Made by a program: the position numbers and the translations under genes
NCBI RefSeq assembly: GCF_963921235.1
Contig: NC_086118.1
Location: 16,058,001 to 16,122,000, forward strand
Reading direction: 5' to 3'
From: Mobula hypostoma
Taxonomy: Eukaryota
DNA: 64,000 nt
Shown here: one piece after another, positions 49,818 to 59,318 of the stretch
How the letters are laid out: each line of letters opens with the position of its first letter
How positions within the stretch are numbered: the stretch's first letter is position 1
Notes under the pieces: generated by a model
Databases searched by the model: none
What the model saw: only the letters and a program-made list of their open reading frames with translations
Told to the model about the DNA's origin: nothing

Positions 49818-51454
49818 CTTAAAAAAAAAGTTAAGTGTTCATAAAGAGAGTGAAATAATTCAGACAAGAAATATCAAATGACCATGCCCCATGGGATTTT
49901 ATTAAATCTCAGTTATTATATTTTACCATATTTCTTTCACTGATGCTAAATGAATCCAATAAAGGGATTATATTTATAATGTCAGTCAGGAGTTCAAGAT
50001 ATGCAAAAGCATTTCACCAATACAACACTTCTGGGGAAGTACTACAAGCTTACTTGCATTAATAGCTGCAAAATTTGCTCACAGATGGGCCATCCTAGTG
50101 AGGTGTAATTGGGTTAAAACTGCTCAGGTTTCTGGAGTGCAACTGGAACTTAGATCTTCTGGCAAATAAACAATGCTACCACTGAGCCAAGGCTGTCACA
50201 AGAATCCATTTGCCAGAAGAATCACATTGTCTTTCCCTCCTCTTAAGATTCAGCACTCACATTTCCAAAAACTAAAGTCAGTGCCAGCAAACCAAACGAC
50301 CAACATAAAATTCAGGAGTGGAGTTACAAACTTGGGGACCCACAGGGTCAGACTTGACACTACCAACATGTGAATGAGCTCCATAATAAAATTAGATTCA
50401 AGTATCTTACATACATATTGGGAGTTCCTCTCTCCAATTTTAGTAAATGCTCTTTCTCATGAGTGCTTTTGTTGCTATTTGTTACAATTCAACTTAGTGA
50501 GAGTTGACTCATGGATGTTTGTATAAACAAAACTCATTGACAGCATGTTCCATTTTCAAAAGGTTCGCAGAATCTCACTCTGCCTGAGGCTTCCTTCACC
50601 TGCCTTTGACTTCCTTCAAAGCCTAATCAAGGTTGAGGAACAGTAACATCTTCCAACTGAGCGTGTTGTATTCTGCAGGAGCACATAAAACGGGTCACTA
50701 TCTCCATCAGAACTAGCTAGTTCAGCCCTAGGCCATCCATCTGTAACACTGGCTCCATTTGTCTCTCTCCAGTGAACACACACTGACCTGCTAGTAGATC
50801 ACTAATTTATAATTGTTTACATTATCTATTTTTTCACTCACTAGTCTCATTTCACAGCTTTTATATTTCCTTAATTGTTTCCCCTCCAACTAACTTCTTT
50901 CATTAGTCTATCAATCTCATGACCTCTAACACTTTACCCCCATGGCAATTTTGGTTTCACCCCATCTGTGATAGTTTCTTTATCCTAGTCACCTTTCCCC
51001 TACACTCCCTTCAAATCAAGACTAACTTGATTTCCTTCAAATCCTGACAATTTGTCCTGAGAGTTTTTGTCCACAAAAATTTCCTGACCTTTTCAGTGTT
51101 TCTAACATTTTCTGTTTTCACTTCTAATCTTCAACACTTTCGATTTTTTGGTTTTGATTCCTATACATTCAGATCTCTCTGCATGAAGACATTAATGAAT
51201 TTTACCAGCCTTCTGTGCCCCATCATAGCCTCTGGATGGCTAATGAGAAGATCAAAATCCATTGCCTACAGGAAGCAGTGATGCCTACCCTGTAATGTAC
51301 TTCTGGGATTTGGATTACCTACAACAGAAACTGGGCAGATACCACTAGCACTGACTCTACAAAGCCCTCTGCCTACACTGGAAAGATAGGCAGACTAATT
51401 AAATGTCCTTTTCGTTGGTCAACATCCCCAGTACTGAGGTCATCGTTACACTCA

Positions 51455-52151
51455 GGCTACGTCCACAATAAACCGGATAAATCCGTAACCAAAGCTTTTT
51501 CTCTTCCGTTTGACCCTCCGTTCACACTGAAACAGCATTTTTCTCCCCCGAAAATGGCGCTTTTCTAAAACGCTCTCCAGAGTGTGTAAATCTGAAAATG
51601 CCGGTATAGGGTAACCGGAGCTTTTTAAAAACGCTGTCATGACGCGCCAGAACAGATGGTGGCGGCAGCGCGGCATTTCATCGTTTTCTTGAACGCATAT
51701 AGCGGTCGAGGATGTCATTGTGTTTGGTTTGGCACGACTCTCAGTCCACGTTCTCCACTGCTTTGCTGACTTTGTAGTCGTTTGTAACTCGCAGAAGCAG
51801 CTCGACTTCATCGTCTGTCCAAACGAAGTCCGGTCTGCTTTTTCCAGCGGAGATTTTCTTTGTATTCCTCGAAGACATTGTTGAAAACTTTCTTTCACTG
51901 TTGCTGTAGGTACTCTAGTTTTTGACCAAAGGAAATAGCACAACGCCACCGTGGAAATGGAAATACTATACCGTTTCCTCTTCGCTTGTTTTCTGTAGAT
52001 GTGTCCTGCGCATGCCCAGTAGGAGGAGATTCGCCTAAATACCCGTTTCAATGTGGACGGAGGTATTTTCAAAAATGCCTGGTATGGACGCCTATCGTTT
52101 TTACGTGAAACCGGCATTTTCAAAATTATCCGGTCTAGTGTGGACATAGCC
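51455..52151. mobile_element. Non-autonomous PIF/Harbinger element, copy 2
   Basis: Same TIRs and subterminal sequence as 4140-5117; flanks TCA/TTA; internal Myb/SANT-like remnant on the minus strand. Confidence 0.88.
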
Positions 52152-52543
52152 TTAGTTGGCAACATCGCTTGCATACCTGTTACTCTATTATTCTGAGTTC
52201 TTTCATGATGTTAGCAAGTGAACAGAGAGAAAAGATTCAAGGATGTTTAATCATAATATGACAAGTATTAATCAATGGAACTCGCCACAGGCTGTCCAAA
52301 GGAGAATACAAAGAGAGGATGGTTGCGCATGGATTAGCAACTCCGTCCTGTAAAAACCCAGCTCAAAGCCCTCATCCTTGGGAAAGGAAGGATCTTCAAA
52401 GATGGGCTACATCTGGGAATAATTGAAAGACCAGGACCCTGGCAAGCTGCTATCAGCAGCATCTGCCCCAGCTGGGGTGATGGGCTTAAGAAGAAGAATT
52501 ACTCAGTGGGTCGATACCAATTCAGTGACTATGTGCTTTGCAC

Positions 52544-52604
52544 CTGTGACTGGTGGATTCAGGCCGACGAGGAAGGATAATACAGCAGGAATTAAGTAGG
52601 CTAC
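52544..52604 (-). CDS. TMEM220: TMEM220 exon 3 (VAYLIPAVLSFLVGLNPPVT)
   Basis: 61 nt; Y.IPAVL..LVGLNP match; ttttacag acceptor and GT donor. Confidence 0.93.
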
Positions 52605-52919
52605 CTGTAAAAGAAAGGACATCAATTAAGCAGATGGAAGAATATAAGGAAAAGAAACACAAGCCAATGAACTTTTCCTCTTGCTTTGTCATTCAAAATA
52701 TTATTGTTAATTTTTTACCTAAGTGCCACTTTCTGCACTAACACCATATGCTCTGATTCCTATAATATCCAAAATCTATCAATTTCTGCCTTGCATTTGA
52801 CTCATAGAAGCTTCACTGGCCTTCATAGTCTTAGATGACACCCCTTATTTTTAGACTGAGCTGCCTCATTTTAGACAAGGCATCATCTTTGCATTTGCCT
52901 TTCAAACTCATATTTACAT

Positions 52920-53530
52920 AAAAACATAGCAAACATACAGTCAATATAGGCCCTTCAGCCCACAAAGCTGCGCCAAACATGTCCCGATCTTAAAACTACC
53001 TAGGCTTTACCCATAGCCCTCTATTATTCTAACCTCCATGTAGCCACCCAGGAGTCTCTTAAAAGACCCTATTGTTTCTGCCTCCACCAGCAGCCCATTC
53101 CACGCACTCACCACTCTGCGTGAAAAATTTACCCTTGTCATCTTGTCTGCACCTACTTCCAAGCACCTTAAAACTATGCCCTCGGATGCTAGCCATTTCA
53201 GCCCTGGGAAAAAGCCTCTGACTATCTACACGATCAATGCCTCTTATTATCTTGTACACCTCTATCATGTCACTTCTCATCCTCTGTCGCTCCAAGGAGA
53301 AAAGGCCGAGTTCAATTAGGTCACCCTGTCATTCTCAACCCAACAGATTATGAGCGGAGTCTTCTCAAACATCAGATCTATCATTCCAGATACCCATCTG
53401 GTAAACCTTCCTTTTACTCCCTCAACCATAAGTATGTTCTTCCTTGGACAGGGAGACCAGACATTTTTGCAACATTCAAGATGCAGCCTCATCAGGGCCT
53501 TATATACAGGAATAAGATATCTACACATTT
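52920..53530 (-). mobile_element. CR1 LINE 3' fragments
   Basis: MIEVYKIIRGIDRVD...RGHSFKV and LMRLHLECC..VWSP motifs. Confidence 0.8.
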
Positions 53531-53707
53531 TAACTCAAATCCCTTCACTGTTTGCCTCCTAATTGCTTGCTACCTTATCAGCAAACTTGGATATATTGTA
53601 TGTGCCCCCTCCAATCAAAATCACTGATACAGATTGAGAACCCAACACCAATCTCTGCAGGATCACATTACTCAGAGCATTCATACACAAAAACAATGTT
53701 TATTCCC

Positions 53708-53833
53708 GCAACACACATAAAAGTTGCTGGTGAACACAGCAGGCCAGGCAGCATCTCTAGGAAGAGGTGCAGTCGACGTTTCAGGCCGAGACCCTTCGTC
53801 AGGACTAACTGAAGGAAGAGTGAGTAAGGTTGC
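53708..53833 (-). mobile_element. Short PLE pLTR insertion carrying an intact hammerhead
   Basis: Same pLTR sequence as at 19275, 23109 and 57996; TSD TGTTTATTCCC. Confidence 0.85.
53771..53806 (-). ncRNA. Minimal type-I hammerhead ribozyme, intact
   Basis: Reverse complement reads AGTC-CTGACGA-AGGGTCTCGGCCT-GAAAC-GTC^GACT. Confidence 0.8.
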
Positions 53834-54150
53834 TGTTTATTCCCCGTCTGTTTTCTCTGCCTGTTAATAAATTTTCAATCCATGCATGTACATTTTCTGT
53901 AATACCATTCACTCAAATTTTTGCTTAATAATCTATTGTTTGACACCTTATCAAATGACCTTCTGTAAGTCCACTTTGTGATTGAAAATAAAAAAATCTT
54001 TGTCCAACCACTGGCATTTCAGCTGCATGTTACAAATCTACTTCAGAGGATCCCAGCCTGGGATCCATAGACCCCTCAATAAATGGTAAGGTTCCACGGC
54101 ATAAAAAAGGTTGGGAACCCCTGACCTACTCCTTGATGAAACATACTTAC

Positions 54151-54180
54151 AGCCCATATTCCTGCATCTGGATCATTAAT
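54151..54180 (-). CDS. TMEM220: TMEM220 exon 2, 30-nt microexon (INDPDAGIWA)
   Basis: NDPD motif; ttcacag acceptor and GTAAGT donor. Confidence 0.93.
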
Positions 54181-56475
54181 CTGTGAACAATAAAAAAAGG
54201 TTTCCTTTAAAAAAATTAAAACATTATATTCAGAATTGGTTTGTTGATCAAGTAATTTCATTCCCTCACCCCCTCTCCCCACCAAGAATTATGTATGCAG
54301 CAAGTGATTAGTTGCATTTACATTTAAAGTGAAGTCCGGCAGCACGCTTGTAGATATTTCCCTTCTCAGGCTACACCATGGAGGCTTGCACTTTGGGCAA
54401 TTGTATGAGTATAGTTTGAATTAAGAAATAAATCACTTTACAACTGTCTGCTAACTGAAGACTTCCTAGCAAGTACATAAAGATCATACCCTTACTAACT
54501 ATCAAAAAGTCAGATGTGAGGATCTAATGCATAAAGGGAAGTGATAGGGTGGACACTTTTCCTTCTGTGTAGAAAACCCCAATACAGTACACTTTGCTGG
54601 TAATTGTTGGTATTTAATGTCAACTATCTGCATTAATGCTATTCTAATTTTGATTTCTGGAATTTTGCAGGACTTCTAGATACTTATGCCCCACACACGC
54701 AGTCTCCTCTCTAGATTACAGAAAATAAATTGGAACAAGAGTTATTAAGATTGGAATGGGCAAAGAAGGGTTCAGATGAAGGGTCTTGGACCTGAAATGT
54801 TCTCTTTCCATAGATGCTGCCTGACCTGCTGGGTGTTTGCAACATTTTCTGTTTTATTTGAAAAAAGGAGATTTGAAATGCTGGATGGTAATTTGCGCAT
54901 GGAATTCAATTGTTAGTCCAAAAATTAAAAGATTCCTTGAATCCATTGAATTATTCAAGAGGACTATTATTCAGTTCAACCCCAATATGCTGTCTGATCT
55001 TGTTAACACTCCATTCCTCTCTGATCCAAACATCTACCTTAGCCTTAAATGTACCCAATGACTCAGACTCAGAAGTCTCTGTAACAGAGAGTTCCAAATA
55101 TCTATATCCTCTGAGAAGTTCTTCATTTTCATAGTCTTAAACTGTCACTCCTGATAAGACCATGCCCCTGAACTTCAGACATGCCTAATGAACTGACTAT
55201 GGAAGCTTCATGACTGGTTATCAAATCTATCCATACTATCCTTTGACCTTAACAGTCACATAAGTGACTTCTAAGGCCAAAAGATAGTACAGATAATGCC
55301 TACTCAACTCCATTTTGATTATTGTTGAATTACACTGTTTGATTAACACAAAACTATTGTTGGAGCCACTTGGAACACTCTATGATGTTAAGTCTTCCTG
55401 AGGGTTATGAGGAGACATCGCCTTAACCTTTCCTTCTTGTTGAATGTCACAAAAGTATCTAGTTTTAAAAAAGCAACACAATATAAATGGCACAACATTC
55501 AGCTGATATATTTAACAGTAATTAATTTTTCTACACAAAGTGAGGTTTAACCTGTCCTCACTTTGCTATAAAAATTGACCGTGTCTGGTGGTTTCAGGTT
55601 GAGTTTTCCGTAATTGTTCTGCAGTGCAGGTATGGCACAATGTTACTGTGAGTGGCATGCCTGTGTTTCCTTGGATGCAGTAATTCAATTAATACAAGCA
55701 GGAAAATGACCCCATTTTGAAAGTAACTGTTCCTGGTAGCAATGAAGTGATGTCGGTTTAAGAAAAGGAATTTTCTTTTTAAAACGGGGAATATGAAAGG
55801 ATACACTTACAATTATAAATGTTACAGTACACTAAATATGTAGAATTAATTGCATGTAACATATTTACAGCACATTTTAGAGATGCTATAGATGAACTGA
55901 TAGTTCAATATTTAGTTTGGAAGCTCTCTCTCTATTCATACTTTGAACTGCAAATATTGCTTCTAAATGACACTGTACAAGTAATTACTTCTTCAAAATA
56001 TGCAACTGAATAGACGGCTTGATGTAGCCAAAACTGGCATCATTTTGTTCCCAATTCCAGCGCCCAACATTGTGTCAATATATGGCATTAATTATAGTTC
56101 CATTTTTTGACTTTGCAGTAAAGCCTAAGAGTTTTTCCATCAAATTCTAAGAGGCAATTACTTTCCATTAGACATTTGTACTCAGTTAACCAAACACATC
56201 TACATGGACAGCTCTATAAAAACCAACCTTACATTTCATTATTCTCCAGCTAATACTTATTGGCAAGTTCCAGGACAACAGAGAGGCTACTATAACACAG
56301 TCAAATGATTATTTGATGATGCATGATGTGTGGGAGCACTTTCAGCTCAGTTCCATAAAGCAAAATTGTATAAACACTTTAACAATAGTTACAGTGCCAT
56401 CAAAGTTCCACAGCTGAACTACACTGGGGAGTAAGGATGGTCGAAGTTACAAATAGTGAATGGGTTGTAAATGTT

Positions 56476-56680
56476 GGGCACGTGGCCAAGTGGTTAAGGC
56501 GTTCGTCTAGTGATCTGAAGATCGTTAGTTCGAGCCTGAGCTGTGGCAGTGTGTTTGTGTCCTTGAGCAAGACACAACCACACATTGCTCTAGTGTCTGT
56601 GCAAGGAGTGGCGCCCCACACAGACTTCCAATCTGCAATGAAGATACCTTACTCAGGCCTCTCATGGTCTGAGTCGACAA
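56476..56680 (+). mobile_element. tRNA-derived CORE-type SINE
   Basis: Same tRNA head and CORE-like segment as 14030-14325. Confidence 0.72.
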
Positions 56681-57391
56681 TGCTCGAGGAGTGGAGGAGC
56701 AGTAAAAGGATGAGGCTCCAACAAAATAATTTTTAGGCAGTTGGAGCTAGGAGATCAAGGAAAGAAGAAATGTATGAATGGGATTAGTCACAAGTTTGAA
56801 CAGGGACGCATCCAGTGAGATCGAGTTTGTATGTTAAAAGTGCTTTAAAATGAAGCCAGAGACACTTGCCCGTTAAGTGAATATTACCTTATGGACCAGT
56901 GTTCAGCAGGTTGAAACCTTCCAATGCAGGTGGCAATTGCCCTGTACTCGAGAGGGTGTCAGCTCACCAAACTTTCAGGAAGGTAAACACAGTCAGAACT
57001 GATCAGGCACTTCGCACTCTGACCAAGAAAAAATAGCCGGAAGTTTTCCCCAAAACAAGCGTTTCTTGTAATGTATTTATTAAGAAAGGGATCTGTTGGT
57101 TTAATATTTACAGCCATTAAATTTCAAGTTCTCTCCTGCGCCTTGCCACCAGCTCGCTGCATACTGTGGTCACAAATCTGTTGAGACAAGCCAAGCAGAT
57201 GCTAATTACATAGTCACAATTAAAAAATACTAAGCCTGGCCGATTTTTTCCCACACACACACAGAAAAACAAACACACAACTCGTAATTCTGGAGCATCG
57301 TCGTAACACAAAGGGAACTGAATGTTGGACTTTAACCTGTTTTTCCACGGGGCGCACGCACTGTCTGCTGTGCGGGTGATAGGAAACCTAC

Positions 57392-57514
57392 CTGAACATA
57401 GGCGGCAAGCGCGAAAAAGAACGCCATGCAGATATTGCATACTCTCCAGGACACGAGATAGAACCGCGGAGGAGGAGACGACGTGCTGAGCTTTCGACCC
57501 GAATGCACGTCCAT
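57392..57514 (-). CDS. TMEM220: TMEM220 exon 1 (MDVHSG...WRVCNICMAFFFALAAYVQ)
   Basis: WRxCNxxMAxFFALAAxVQ matches the TMEM220 N-terminus; CAG|GTAGGT donor; CpG-rich. Confidence 0.92.
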
Positions 57515-57610
57515 CTCCCTCCGGCTCTATACTCCGCCCAGTCAGTTTGACGCTGGCGGCGTTCACGCTTAACCCTCCCCTTACGCTTCGCGTGGGCGGC
57601 AGGGGAAATG
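57515..57610 (-). promoter_or_regulatory. TMEM220 CpG-rich promoter/5'UTR
   Basis: CpG-rich stretch with GC boxes (CTCCGCCC ~57532, GGGCGG ~57594) upstream of the ATG. Confidence 0.5.
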
Positions 57611-58054
57611 TTGGAAGTATACTAAAGCTTTGTCAAATGAAAATGCGATCTTAATTCTAACATTTGCTGCATGACCTTGGAGTGAAGTACTTCGGTTTCG
57701 GAAAGACAGATCCAGAGAATTAATTCGGAAAACAAATGCAAGCACCATTGTCCTGACATAACCCAGCAGAAGTTTTTATTACTTGAGGAGGAACTCTTGC
57801 CATTGCCGATATCTGATTGTCAAGGGGAGCTCAGCGCTTAAATTAGATTTTACAAACTAATTTGGAAGAAGCGCATTTTATTGCCACCGTATTCTCAGTT
57901 TTATTTTAAAATAATCTTCTTCCTTGATCTATGAATGTTGTGTAATATTGATAAGTGCTGGAGGAACTCAGCAGAACAGGCAGCATCTATGGAAACATAC
58001 ATCAAAGTTGCTGGTGAACGCAGCAGGCCAGGCAGCATCTATAGGAAGAGGCGC

Positions 58055-58090
58055 AGTCGACGTTTCAGGCCGAGACCCTTCGTCAGGACT
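58055..58090 (-). ncRNA. Minimal type-I hammerhead ribozyme, intact
   Basis: Same motif as 53771-53806. Confidence 0.8.
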
Positions 58091-58666
58091 AACTGAAGGA
58101 AGAGTGAGTAAGGGATTTGAAAGTGGGAGGGGGAGGGGGAGATGCAAAATGATAGGAGAAGACAGGAGGGGGAGGGATGGAGCCAAGAGCTGCACAGGTG
58201 ATTGGCAAAAGGGGATACGAGAGGATCATGGGACAGGAGGTCCGGGAAGAAAGACAAGGGTGGGGGGGTGACCCAGAGGATGGGCAAGAGGTATATTCAG
58301 AGGGACAGAGGGAGAAAAAGGAGAGTGAGAGAAAGAATGTGTGCATTAAAAAGAGTAACAGATGGGGTACGAGGGGGAGGTGGGGCCTAGCGGAAGTTAG
58401 AGAAGTCAATGAATGCACACATTCTTTCTCTCACTCTCCTTTTTCTCCCTCTGTCCCTCTGAATATACCTCTTGCCCATCCTCTGGGTCACCCCCCCCCC
58501 CGTCTTTCTTCCCGGACCTCCTGTCCCATGATCCTCTCGTATCCCCTTCTGCCTATCACCTGTCCAGCTCTCGGCTCCATCCCTCCCCCTCCTGTCTTCT
58601 CCTATCATTTTGCATCTCCCCCTCCCCCTCCAGCTTTCAAATCCCTTACTCACTCTTCCTTCAGTT

Positions 58667-58702
58667 AGTCCTGACGAAGGGTCTCGGCCTGAAACGTCGA
58701 CT
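58667..58702 (+). ncRNA. Minimal type-I hammerhead ribozyme, intact
   Basis: Same motif, on the opposite arm of the fold-back element. Confidence 0.8.
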
Positions 58703-59318
58703 GCGCCTCTTCCTATAGATGCTGCCTGGCCTGCTGCGTTCACCAGCAACTTTGATGTATGTTGCTTGAATTTCCAGCATCTGCAGAATTCCTGTTGTTA
58801 GCATCTATGGAAAAGAGTTTCGGGCCGAAACCCTTCGGCGGGACTGCTAACAAAATAGCGAAAAACAATACTAGGTCGCATGCACAAGTGGTAGGAAACT
58901 AGCACTAGAAGAACACTACTAAATGATTGCCAAGTCGTGGAAAGGACAAGAAGATCAGGAGTGGAGACAGAGAGTGAGCAATTTCAGGTTCCTGGGTGTC
59001 AATATCTCTGAGACACAGCGTATCGATGCAGCTATAAAGAAGGCAAGACGACAGCGGCTATTTTCATTAGGGGTTTGAGATTTGCTTTGTCAACTAAAAT
59101 ACTCGGAAACCTACAAATGTACTGTGGAGAGCATTCTGACCGGCTGCAAACCGTCTGGTATGGCGGGAGGGGGCGGGGGGGGATGCTACTGCGCAAGATT
59201 AAAGTAAACTGCAGAAACTTGTGAGATTAGTCAGCTCCATCAGAATCAGAATTAGGTTTAACATCACCGGGATATGTCGTGTAATTTGTTAATTTAGCGG
59301 CACCAGAACATTGCAATA

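Larger units (their letters stand above)
57996..58799. mobile_element. Fold-back PLE (two ~350-bp inverted pLTR arms) inserted into an older PLE remnant
   Basis: 57996-58347 is the near reverse complement of 58412-58761; 38-nt tail; TSD AGCATCTATGGAAA. Confidence 0.92.

Noticed and set aside
51452-52174. 240-aa minus-strand ORF
   Set aside because: It runs through both TIRs of a Harbinger derivative. The recognisable Myb-like peptide is in another frame and contains a stop, so this is a chance ORF.
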